In this document: positions 26,598 to 39,305 of the stretch, in pieces
How positions within the stretch are numbered: the first letter of the stretch is position 1
Layout: each line of letters starts with the position of its first letter
Origin: the human T2T-CHM13v2.0 reference genome, Homo sapiens
DNA: 64,000 bases
Reading direction: 5' to 3' (one strand)
Assembly: GCF_009914755.1 (NCBI RefSeq)
Contig: NC_060932.1
Notes under the pieces: model-generated
What the model was told of the DNA's origin: nothing
The model's database searches: none
What the model saw: only the letters and a program-made list of their open reading frames with translations
Program-made: the position numbers and the translations under genes

Positions 26598-27402
26598 CAG
26601 TTGATCCTCATCATTCATGGACCACTCATTTGGAATTCATCTACTTGTTAAAATTTATTTGTATCCCCCAAACGAATACTTAATGGAGCTTTTGTGATCA
26701 TTTACAAGCAGGTACAGAGCCGTAAAAAGTGTGAATCACTCAATGTGCATGTTCCAATGTGCATGTCACCTTAAGATGGGTCAAGGCAACACCCTGTCTC
26801 CTTGTTTCAGCTCTCTTACTGTAAACAAGTGCCCCTTTGACAGCCTATTTAGTGGCACGTCTTTCATATTTGAGGGTTTTTGTCATTTATTTTGCTGTTT
26901 AAATATATTTCCATATATATACCTATATTATATATATGGAAATATATTTATTTATATTTATATATTTATTTAAAAATTTATACATTTATTTAAACATTTA
27001 AATATTTATATATTTATTTATTTAAATATATAGATATATAGATATAGATAGATAGATAGATATAGATATATAGAGCCCCAGCACAGTGCTGAAGTGCTGT
27101 CCTGTGTTCCCAAGTGCTAGGCTGTGATGTGCCTTATGCGGTAGATAACCTTCGTTCAGGCATGAGTTGTTGGCTGTGTGTTTAATGTTAACAAATCCAC
27201 AATCTATATTAAATAAAATGCTTTCAAACAGAAACACATGTAAACAAGTCTATGCATTGATTAGTCGACAAAACACATGACCAGGGGCTCATAGGAAACT
27301 AACCCCCTATGTCCCCCGAGGAGTAATGGCTCAACATCTGCTAATTCTGTGTTCGCAATGAATTTATGAAATAGGACTACTGTGAATAATGAGAACCGAC
27401 TG
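26598..27402 (+). mobile_element. MER82 TcMar-Tigger element, full length, TA TSDs, internal AT-rich expansion
   Basis: ta|cagttgatcctcatcattc...gaataatgagaaccgactg|ta; internal gtgctgaagtgctgtc and ttcgttcaggcatgagtt. Confidence 0.88.
26903..27073. repeat. AT-rich/(TAGA)n low-complexity tract inside MER82
   Basis: Read directly from the sequence. Confidence 0.9.
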
Positions 27403-28602
27403 TACTTTGTCGCCTGGGATGAGGTTGTGTAGGCAGGCTCTGAATAATAATGCCTTCTCCATGTTTCCAAGGAGGCCTTGCAGGAAGATCTGGAGCATAT
27501 CTTCTCAGTGGGGCGTTTTCTCTTTCTGCCTCAGACATCCCATCACCAGAGGGACAAAAATAAGAATTTGTCACCCCCACACCCTCATCCCTTTGGCCCA
27601 TCTCTGGCAGCCAGGGCAGGAGGAGGCCAGTCAGACAGGAAAGTACATCCAGCAGGTGACAATTAAGGAAAGCAATCTTGAACTTCCCTATCCCTCGGAC
27701 AAAGAAAGACAGCACCTGCCATACCACAATTACTGTCCTTGCCTCTTTGGGGTTATTATACAGCTCGATCATAACAATAAAAACGAATCTATTCCTAGCT
27801 CAGACTGCGGAGAGACAGCCTCAAAGGAGCAAAGCATCTTCTGCACCCTCAGAGGAAGCCACATTTAGTGAAAGTGTCTGGGGTGGCAAGAGTCCACGAC
27901 TGAAACAGAAGCAGATGGCAGGCTCCCAGGCCCCATCATTAGGGGTGACTTTTAGGTAATTTTATTTGTATCCCTGCCACAGCAAAGGCCCATCTCCTCA
28001 TAGCTCTTTTCCTGAAGACAATTTAGTAACTTCAGGAGCTGGATCTGTCTTTTTTTATGATCTTATAAATAACAACCATCTAGAGATGGCCTTGGCTGTT
28101 GTTCTCTCCAAATATTAAATTAGCTGCTGTGGTAGAAAGTAAATTTAAAAGACAAGCCTTATTGTTTCTATAAAAGTGAGGAGAAAAGAGAGTAGGGTCT
28201 GGAGAAGGAGAGAAGCCCAGGCTGGAGAGAGAAGCACCTCGTGTGGTCACATCCTCTGCCCAAAGTTCTTAGACCAGGCTGTCACACTTTTATACAAATT
28301 CTCAGATCATGGGTTCCTTATTGTTTCTCACTGGAAATAAGTAATAATGCCTTCTCAATGTTTCTAAGGAGGCCTTGTAAACTGGAGACCCAACATCTCT
28401 CAGCTTTTGCTTTCTATCCTGCTCCATGCAAGTTATTTGGAATAAGGGTACAATTATATGCAGGGGCCAGCTCTTCTGGAAGGAATGAAAGACCAGCTTT
28501 ACCAAGAGCTCTTGCCCATATTATCAGAATGGTCCAAAAGTAATCCTTGTGATTCTTTGCCTGAAAGTGGAAGCCCTGAGTGCTTTCGCATGTGCATGCA
28601 TG

Positions 28603-29060
28603 CATTCATTCATTTCATAAGTATATATTGTGTACCAACTGTATTCTTGGCACTGTGCTGGGCACTGGAGATATAGCCAGAAGCAAAGCATCATCCCTGC
28701 CCCCAGAGATCTCACAGCTGGGTCAAAGAGAAGGGCATTTGGAAAAAACCATTACCATTGAATATGTGTGCTGTCACATAGGAGAGTGAAGCATGCTGGC
28801 GAAACAGAAGAAGGGCACCCAACCCAGTCTCAACTGCTCAGAAAAATCTTCCCAGAGGAAGTGAAACTGAGGCCCAAAGAATAAATGTGAGCTGCTCAGG
28901 CAAGAGGGAGAAACAATATGTGACAGCAAGGCAAGGGTAACAGAGAGCCTACATGTTCCAGGAACATCATCAGATTGGCCCATGGAGCTTGTAGGGGAGG
29001 GGCAGCGGTGAAAAAATGACAATGGAGAGGTAAGTGGAGGTCCCATCATGCAGAGTCTAA
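28603..29060 (-). mobile_element. L2 3' region
   Basis: cattcattcatttc...ggcactgtgctgggcactggagatatagc...catccctgcccccagagatctcacag. Confidence 0.85.
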
Positions 29061-30749
29061 AAACTTGGCACCCATGCTCAGTGGCAGATTCCTTAATTTC
29101 CCTGGAGGGCAACAAGGTTAACTGTCCTGTAAGCTCTGCCAGGGTCTACCAGGTGCCCTGTGGTCCTGGCTCATACCAGCAGTCCCTGGAAGACAGGACA
29201 GTATGGTATATAGCCCTGGCAGTTGTTCAGAGGCTGCTTTCCTCTTGCTCTTGGAAAACACTCATTTTCCTAGAACTGAGTCCTGCCCTATCTGGTGATG
29301 GGATTTCTGGAGCCACTTGGCTTTCACATGCTCAAATTTTTGTCCTCTTCTCCACCCTACCAGCCCATCTCAATTCCTCACCCTCAGTGGGTCCCCTTGG
29401 TCTCTCTGAGAACAGCACATGCAGATGCAACTGCTCCCCATTTCCCTAAATTCCTGATTCTCTCTTAGCATCTCCTCCTTCCCCAAATTTCTCCTTCTCA
29501 TGCCCTCAACAGGGGTCACGGATCCTGGAGAGGGGATCCTCAGCCAGAATCTTCAGTTTGAAGATTCTGGCATGAAGCTTATAGAGGCTAAGGCTTACAA
29601 CTCCATAGTTGCATGCATGTCACACTTGGAAGCTGTCTGTTATATTAACCCACAGCAGCCCAGGGAGAGGGTGTGAGGGGCCAATGAGGAACCCAGTGCC
29701 TGGAGAGGTGTCATGGCTTCCTAGGATCACACAGCCAGGCTCAGGGAGACAGGGCTCAAACTTCCATCCCCCAAACCCTCATTCAGTGTTCATTCCACTC
29801 TCCCTAGCTTTAATCACACTTAGTAAAATGTTACGTTCAAAAAAAAAAAAAAGTCAACACCTTCCAAAGATCTGTCCTTGTCAAATGGCTGTTTCATTTT
29901 CAGACCAGGAATTTGTGATGTCAACTACATCTTAGAAGCCACAGAGAAAATAAAAAGACCAAGATAAGTATCATTTATTTTATTTACTTATTTATCTATT
30001 TATAACTGGAGGTCTATCAGTGTGCTGGTCTCAGGCTATATAAGAGCATTTGTAACCCAGAGAAGAGCCTTTACTTCCCCAAATGAGGATCCATTCATCA
30101 CCATATCATGGAAAAGTCAATCATCCAGATCATGGTGAACAATCTACTGACCCAGATGACGAAGACTGTTTATTACAAATGCCAAAGAATATCAAAGCTT
30201 CTGAGGTTCTGAGGCAAAATAGAAACAAAGAGAAACAACTGCCACTCAAACAAGGAGGCAGCTCCACTTCCTGCTGAAACACTCCCTCCCACACAGAAGA
30301 TGCAGCAACGCACTGAGAGCAAGACCTACCGTGTGTGACATCCAACAGCGGCAAAATTGTGTGCTCTCACACCTCCTGGAGTTGCCCATGATGTTAATCC
30401 TGCCTGAAGTGCGTCCTTTCCCTACTTTGTCACTCAGCAAACTTGTCCTACTTCTTTGAGGCTCAGTACAAATTGCATCCTCTGTCTCCCCACCCCCTCC
30501 TACCCTCTCTGGCAGAATTAGTTGTTCCTGTACCTGGGCTCTCAGAGCATTTTGGTCTTAACACTAACATAGCTTGCCTTCACGGAGGCTCCAGGAACGA
30601 TCATGTCTGTTGTCTGTGACATCTTGGCACCTAAAGGAGTTTCTAGACCACGGTGAGTCTCAAAGCAACATTTCTTGAATGAAAAAGAGAGAGAGAGACA
30701 AATGAAGACTTCCAATTGGAAGTTATGAGTTCTGGTGACATGATTTGAG

Positions 30750-30960
30750 GAGGAGGATTTGCCATCTGTTACATACCAGGTGCTTTGCTCTCGCTAACTT
30801 ATTATATGCACCTCTCAACAAACTATGCAGTAAGTTTAACATTTTTATGATGAAAGTGAAAAAGTAGAGGCTTAGTGGGTATAAGTAACTTGTACACAGT
30901 GGAGCCAGATTCAGCTCCAGGTCTAGCTTGACCCGCAAACCTATGCTGTTTTCGCTGTAC
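30750..30960 (-). mobile_element. MIR SINE
   Basis: aaagtagaggcttagtgggtataagtaacttgtacacagtggagccagattcagctccaggtct. Confidence 0.7.
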
Positions 30961-31008
30961 TGACTTACTCCCCAAACATGATCCCAAGGATAAAGAAAGT
31001 AAGATTTC

Positions 31009-31271
31009 CTTTTGTTGCAATTGCTTTTGGTGTCTTTGTCATGAAATCTTTGTCCATTCCTATGGCCAAAATGGTATTGCCTATGTTGTCTTCCAGGGTT
31101 TTCATAGTTTTGGGTTTTATATTTAATCCATCATGTGCTGATTTTTTGTATATGGTATAAGGGGTCCAGTTTCAATCTTCTGCATATGGCTAGCCACTTA
31201 TTCCAATACTATTTATTGAATAGGGAGCTTTTTCCCCATTACTTGTTTTTGTAAAATAAAACCTTAAAAAA
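31009..31271. mobile_element. Small L1 insertion: inverted ORF2 fragment plus a short sense 3' terminus and A-tail
   Basis: 31009-31252 matches minus-strand L1 ORF2 (homologous to 59253-59507 in this window), then aaaataaaaccttaaaaaaaa; direct repeats aagatttc(c/t)tt at 31001 and 31272. Confidence 0.8.
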
Positions 31272-31921
31272 AAGATTTCTTTCAGATTAGAATCTCTGTC
31301 ACTGGCTGCTGCAAGTGTTGTATCTGGAAAAGTCATATAAAGGCCAACTCAGTTGAAATTTTAAAAAAGAAAGATAATTCATGCTCCACTGCTTGTTGTC
31401 CTGCACGCAAATACCTAAGTTGAGTCATTAAATTTTTCCACTTCTCAATGGACATATGAGGTACTTCTACTCCCTCACCCCATCAGGCTTCCTAGAAGAT
31501 GCTGCACGATGCCTACTATTTTAACCAAAGGAGCAGAAAACACCCAGAGAAACCTATGGTGTCAGAAATTTTCTCTAAGGGGGTCTTTTTTCATGTTTGA
31601 GAGCTTTGGAGTTATATTGTCAGGGAAATTTCCTCCAGGGTCCAGCTCAGGGAAACACCAAGCTGTTCCTTTTAAAACTGACATTCCAGAATCAATCATA
31701 TTTGCTATTCTGATTACCACGATTTCTCTCTTAGGCATATCATGAAAAGTTCATAAAGCAAAATTATTGCTTTTATACTTCACACTCTTTGGCCAAGTTG
31801 ATACTTGTGAAAGACTGCACCAAATCTCACTTCTATAGATCAGCCCTTGGAATGAGTTAATCCATAAAGTTTAACATATGTATATCAAAAGATCTAGAAT
31901 GCATAAAGTTACTAATACAAG

Positions 31922-31924
<3 letters not shown>

Positions 31925-31957
<33 letters not shown>
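31925..31957. repeat. (CA)n microsatellite, about 16 units
   Basis: Read directly from the sequence. Confidence 0.97.
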
Positions 31958-31959
<2 letters not shown>

Positions 31960-31960
<1 letters not shown>

Positions 31961-32117
31961 TGGGTTACAAATTCAAGTGTTTAGAAGGGGAAGGCCAGCC
32001 ACAAAAAATAAGTGAAGCTGGCCCAGTGAGGACTGTGATAAACTAAAGAACAAATGACCATCTAGAGGCACCAGCTACATACATGTGCCCACGTGGAAAT
32101 ATGAATCCCACATGTTA
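31960..32117. mobile_element. MER102-like hAT-Charlie fragment
   Basis: aagtgaagctggcccagtgaggactgtgataaactaaagaac...cacgtggaaatatgaatccca. Confidence 0.55.
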
Positions 32118-32338
32118 ATACTTCAACCCACTGTCAATAACTTTGCTCCACCACTTGGCCTCATTGTCCGAAGTGTCTCCCTACTCCCTTATGTTCCCAA
32201 GCTGACTGGGCGGCTCTTGTGTGGTTTTACCAACTAGATTCCATCCCAGATGTTGTTGAGCTTCACACAACCCAGCACAGACCCATGTGACAACCCAAAG
32301 AGTAGAAAACCTCTTTCCCAGATGGGGATACCACGCCC

Positions 32339-32633
32339 TTTTTTTTTGAGACAGGGTCTCCCTCTGTTGCCCAGGCTGGAATGCAGTGGCACCATCAGAG
32401 CTCACTGTAACCTCGAAGTCCTGGGCTCAAGTGATTCTTCCATCTTGGCTTCCTGAGTAGCAGGACTACAGGCATGCACCACCATGCCTGGCTCATTTTT
32501 ATTTTTTAATTTTTTGTTGAAGTGGGGCCTCACTATGTTGCCCAGGCTGGTCTCAAACTCCTGGCCTCAGGCAATCCCCTCACCCTGGCCTCCCATAGTG
32601 CTGGGATTACAGGTGTGAGTCCTGGCACCTGGC
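32339..32633 (-). mobile_element. AluJ
   Basis: Dimeric Alu in reverse; J-type features gagacagggtctc, ctgggctcaag, cactatgttgccc. Confidence 0.93.
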
Positions 32634-33479
32634 TGCTCTCACACTTTTGTAGCCTGAGTAACCAAGGCAGAAGTTACAGAGAACAAGCCAAGTGCCAAGA
32701 CACTAACTGGATTTGTAAATATTAACCTCCTTATTAAAGAATAAAAAGGCTGCCTTTCTATTTTATAGGCTGTAGATGATTGGTAAACTCTCCATTGTAG
32801 AACTCACATAGTTCAGGTTAATAAAGTTAATTTGCCATAAGATTCTGAAAACACAAGTGCATCTCAACCATCTTTCAGCACACTTACCTCGCCTCTTCAG
32901 AACTTATCATGGATCCATGGCCCTTCTCACAGACTAAGCTTTTCCAGGTGACTGTCATTGTTTTCATTTTTGATGCTCAAGTTGTCTTCTCTACAAATTT
33001 TATAGCACATTTATAATCATTCGCAAAGATTTCTTTCTCTTTGACATTTTCGTAGCTTCTCTTTTGTCTTCTTCACCTTCCCTGCCTCCTGAGCCTCCTC
33101 AATAAGAGAGTAGTAGCCAGAGATCCAGCATCAGGACTCAGGCATCTGCAGGGAATGCCAACCATTCCACTTACAAGCCACCTTCCTAGTAATGAAGCCC
33201 ATCACTTTTCCAGGCAAGAGAGGCTATTTTGGTTTCCTTCTTCCTAGAAGCCTTTGCAGACTTAGTACAGGTCTGACTTTAACTAGATTAATTGTTACCC
33301 CTTCTTTTCCACTGCTATCACGGACTGGAGGGATATTTACAAGCATCCTTGCTCCACCACACTTCTCTAATGCTTCCACTAATACCATGTCCAACCCCCA
33401 TCACAAGAGCTGTCTTGTCCTAGGCTCCTGATCACAACACAAGAGTGGACACGGTCACCCCTCCCTCGTTGCTCCATGA

Positions 33480-34165
<686 letters not shown>

Positions 34166-35733
34166 CACTGTTCTCTTCCCCTGTGCATTTCACTTCCTAC
34201 TCCACCAATCAGAACTCATATCCAGCTTCCTCCAGGGATATGGAAGGGTCATACCCATTTGCCAACCTGACCCTGTAATAAATTGAATACTGACCCGGAA
34301 ACAGCATCCCTTTGAGAAACTCAATCCCATGCTAACAGACTCACAGTTCATACTGGCTCAGTCCTGTTCAGTCACATGCCCCTCAGTGTGGGTCAGTTGA
34401 GCTCGATTACAGGGATCCCTACGGAACCATCTTATCTACCTGCTCACTGGACCAAATAGCTGATACTCTGTTCTGTTCACCTTTCCATTCTCTAGTTGAT
34501 GGCAAGGGCATGGAGATTAAGGAGCAGACAACTACAAAGGTGCTGATATCAAACTAATTTTCACAGGGCACGAGGTGAGTGAGCTGAATTTACCAGAACA
34601 TGTTGCTTCCAGAATGTGTTGCTGGTGAGTAAAATAGAAACCACAAGTTGGATGTGCAACTAAATTATTTATTATCTACACTATCATAAATAAGTCAGTG
34701 AGAGAAACAAGCATACAGTCCAAAATTCTCTCTCAAGTGGGGAGGCTCAAGTTCACATGCATGCCTATTGACAAATCAAATTACTTGCTTTTTGACCTCA
34801 TTCTTTAGCTGTGGCATAAATCCTGCTGAGACCCCCACCTAGATATTCTCCAAAGAGGAGCTGGCGAGACAGGCTCTGTGTCTAGTTGCCACTTCCTTCA
34901 TTTGTAGGCAGCTTCTTCATGACACTGTCATACTTGTGTACCCATTGTCAGAACTGCTAAGAATGAGGTTTAGCAGTTTCATCTTTCATTGAAACTAAAA
35001 CCTTGCACCTAGCCAATTTCTCTTCACTGTGGTCAAAACAAGCCAAATCATTTCTCTCTTTTTGTCAGTTTTTCTCCCTCTTTTGCTTCTCTCTTTCTTG
35101 AAGAACTTGCTAATTTAACTAAGTTAAGTCACTTTAATATCTTGCTCTCCTCCGACATAAAAAATTCCCACTAAGAGTTCTCTTTCCTATCAATAATGCC
35201 ACTCATTAATCAGATCTTTCTTTTCTTTACAATACTTGGAAAATCTTAATCTTTATATACAATTTTCAGATTTTTGAATGTTGTCAGTAAAATAAATAAA
35301 TAAGTAAATAAATCACTCTTAAGTCCAAAAGGAGCACATCTTCAGCCTGACTGAGGCCTGCTTTAGTTGGTCTGTAGCTTCTGGTAATCAGATGAAAACA
35401 TTTTATTTGCCTGTGGTTCTGCTAATACATCGTGATGCTTCAGAATTCCCTGCTTTCTTTTTGACTGTTCCTTTAATCTAGAATTTTCCTTCTATCTCCT
35501 CAAACTGGCTTATTACTTCTTAAAACCTTCCTCAGTGAGGTATTAGCTGTGAAAATGTCCCTTCTCCTCCCACCCCATCAATCCGAGTCTGTAATTCTTT
35601 CTCTATAATGCTTGTCTCTTCCACACACATCATCAGCTGTTTTTAACATGTCATATGGCTTCTTGGGGCATTTTGGTTTCTTCTACCAGACAATTCCTGG
35701 ATCTCGGAACCTTGTACTGTACAATCAGTGTAT

Positions 35734-36044
<311 letters not shown>

Positions 36045-36392
36045 ACAATCAGTGTATCCATATTTCCAACACCTGGAGATATGATACCTCCAGATACTTC
36101 CAGGTACCAAAATACAGTGCCTGGCACATTGATGGTACCCAATGAATGTGAATTGGATAAAGGATGAGGAGAATGAATGGATAAAATTTCTTAAATATAC
36201 TACGAATTACAGTTCTTCATAGCAAAGAATGTAGTATCTAGTGAGAGGGGTTGGTTGTGTCTTCCTTCAAAAGTGTGATGTTCAATTTGAGGAATAGCAA
36301 AAGGGTATCCCTAACATCTTGCTGCTTATCCCATCTCAACAATCCCCACCTATTATTATCAGCACCTAGTAACTTGTTTGCTTCCTCTAATC

Positions 36393-36604
36393 CAGTGGTT
36401 CTCTGCTGGGAGTGATTTTGCAACCCAGATAATATTTGGCAGTGCATGAAGACATTTTTGGTTGTCAGAGTTGGGGTTTACTAGTAGCATCTAGTGGGTA
36501 GAGACCAGGGATGCTGTTAAACTGACTCAATGCACAGGACAGCCCCTTACAACAAAAAATTCCCCAGTCCAAAATACCATTAGTCCTAAGGTTGAAAAAC
36601 TTTG
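36393..36604 (+). mobile_element. MER20 MITE
   Basis: cagtggttctc...gacatttttggttgtca...gcatctagtgggtagagaccagggatgctg...aatgcacaggacagcccc. Confidence 0.92.
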
Positions 36605-37052
36605 GCCTAAGAGACACTCACTTTTGCTGCTGCATTAGTAGGCACCCAAAGAATGTTTAACAAATTGAGGTAATTAGCAGATCCATGATGATTCAGAACA
36701 GAGAGTGAGATGTAGAGGTGACAACTTGGAGATATATTGGCTTAGGCTAGAATGTTACCAAGAAGAAGCTGCCAACACCCTGACCTGAGCTTGCTCCTTT
36801 CAGAGCTCACAGAATCTCTCCAAGACTTCAGAATTGCTTTGTGCTATGCGTGATTGGTAGGCGACCTTTTCAGATGAATTCAGCTTGAACTGTGCAATTG
36901 ACATAAAAGAAACAAATAGAGTAGGTTTTCCCCTGTGATTTTAATATGGAATTACAGCAGTTTCCCCTATAAAAGTTGACACCTTCTATCTGGCTCATGT
37001 GGAAAAATACCATTATTATACTAGTAAAAACTACACTTTACTGAGCACTTAC

Positions 37053-37452
37053 TGCTGTCGGTTAATAGTGTCCTCCAAAAAGGGATATTGACATTCTAGC
37101 TCCCAGTTCCTGTGAATATTTCCTTCTTTGGATATAGGATCTTTGCATATGCAATTAAGTTAAGATGAGGTCACATTAGATTAGGGTGGTGTCTTTAGGA
37201 GAGAGAGATTTTGAGACACAAACACACAGGGAAGGAGGCCGTGTGGTGACAGAGGCAGGAATCCAAATGACACAGCTGCAATAAGGACTGCCAAGCAGCC
37301 CTTGAGAGCTAGGAAGAGGCAAGAAAGGATTCTTCCTTAGAGCCCTGATTTCACACTTCCAGCCTCCAGAACTGTGAGAGAATACATTTCTGCTATTTTT
37401 GAGCCACTCAGTTTGTAGCAATTTGATATGGCAGCCACAGGCAACGTATACA
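37053..37452 (+). mobile_element. MLT1C-type solo LTR with a 5-bp TSD, inserted in a minus-strand MIR (about 37030-37670)
   Basis: TSD cttac at 37048-37052 and 37453-37457; TG...CA ends; ttccagcctccagaactgtgagagaatacatttctg. Confidence 0.9.
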
Positions 37453-38561
37453 CTTACTATTAATATATGCCTAGGGCAGTGTATGTATTACCTCGCTAAA
37501 TCCTCACAGCCACCCTTAAGCAACATTATCCCATTTTACATGGGATGAAATTGGGGCATGAAGACGTTCCATCACTGCCCCATGGCTCCATAGCCAACAG
37601 CAATAGAGCCAAGATTCAAATTCAAGTCCATTGGATTTCAAGAGCCAAGCCCTAACCACACAGCTCAGTAGGTTCCATGCAAACCATTTTCTCCCCACCA
37701 TGCCCCTGGCCCTTGAAAAGTCAGAATTTTGGTTAGAGCCTTGTTGCTTCTGTTTTTCCCTCAACATGTGGGGTGCAATCTCCATGGAACCTCTCATTGG
37801 GTTCCATTTTTTAAAAACTAAAGCATACTTATCTAAGGTTAACTCTTCAGTCATGTCCTTCACAGTGAGTCATCCGTTTGAATTCCCCACAGCTCCGCCA
37901 TCTTGGACAGCCTTTGCCTGGGGCCATGGGGCTGAGGCAGTTGCTTCCCTGTTTGGCTGCCCTCCCTGAGCAGGCTTGAGGTGAGACCCCAAGGTGACAC
38001 AGAAAGTCTCTAGGATTTGATTCCACAGACCTGCTCGGCTCAGAGTCTCCACTCAGCCTCTCCTTGGCTTGGCTTTCTGGTTTGTGTTCACAGATGAAGA
38101 CCAGAGAGCCAAACCAAGGACAGACACGAAAAGGGATCCTTTCACTTTGACCAACTCATACCTACCATCTCATCACCTACAAGGGTGCTCAGGACCATAG
38201 TCAAGCAGCTTAGGCAAGGGGTGGTGAAATACACCCTCTCTATTTCAACCCTGGACTTACACCATGTCTGCATCTGTTTCCTCACTTATAAGCTGGAATA
38301 CTGAACACAGAAACCCCAAAAAGGTTTCTTTTACTTCCTAAAGCCACAGCCACAGCCAAAACCAATGTCAGTCTCCCCCTCTCAAGCCTGATGTCTACTT
38401 TTGTCACCTCTCCAGGAAGCAGTTAGCACCCAAGCCAAGCAGAGGAACCTGTGTTCCTGGTGAGCCAGCCATTTTCCTGAAGTACTGACTGCCTGATGGA
38501 GGTTATGGGACAAGTGCTAATGCCTTTGACTCTTTCTGGAGCTCCATGAAGGAACCTCATG

Positions 38562-39036
38562 TGTATGAATCTGTTTTCATGCTGCTGATAAAGACATACC
38601 CAAGACTGGGAAGAAAAAGAGGTTTAATGGACTTACAGTTCCACATGGCTGGGAAGGCCTCACAATCATGGCAGAAGGCAAGGAGGAGCAGGTCACATCT
38701 TGCCTGGGTGGCAGCAGGCAAAGAGAGAGAACTTGTGCAGGTTTAATGGACTCACAGTTCCACATGGCTGGGGAGGCCTCACAATCATGGCAGAAGGCAA
38801 GGAGGAGCAAGTCACATCTTACATGGGTGGTGGCAGGCAAAGAGAGAGACCTTGTGCGGGGAAACTCCCATTTTTAAAACCATCAGCTTTCATGAGACTT
38901 ATTTACTATCATGAGAACAGCATGGGAAGGACCCACCCCCATGATTTAATTACCTCCCACTGGGTTCCTCCCATGGGAATTGTAGGAGTTACAATTCAAG
39001 ATGAAATTTGGGTGAGGACACAGCCAAACCATATCA
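38562..39036 (-). mobile_element. THE1B-type solo LTR with an internal 119-bp tandem duplication
   Basis: gctgctgataaagacatacccaagactggg...cagccaaaccatatca; TSD (t/c)catg; duplicated units 38620-38738 and 38739-38857. Confidence 0.93.
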
Positions 39037-39305
39037 CCATGCCTTGGGCCACTGCTCACACCCCCAGGCCCTCCTTTCTTCCTCTGACCCTCAGCCTTCC
39101 TACCCCTCCTCCAGCAGCTACCACGGCCCCTCCTACCTTCTGAGTTTCCCTCCAAGTACTAATTAGAAGACCTAACATTTTGGAGGACTTACTCTATAAC
39201 CACCAACCTTCTAGGCTCAAAACCATCTCACATAATCCTCACCACAGCCAACTGGGCAGGCATCACTATCATAGTCTTTGGGTGGGCTATACCCTCTCTC
39301 TAGAA

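Noticed and set aside
27389-27868. 159-aa ORF
   Set aside because: It starts inside the MER82 TIR and shows no homology I recognise.
38546-39143. ORFs with internally repeated peptides
   Set aside because: They are explained by the 119-bp duplication inside the THE1 LTR.
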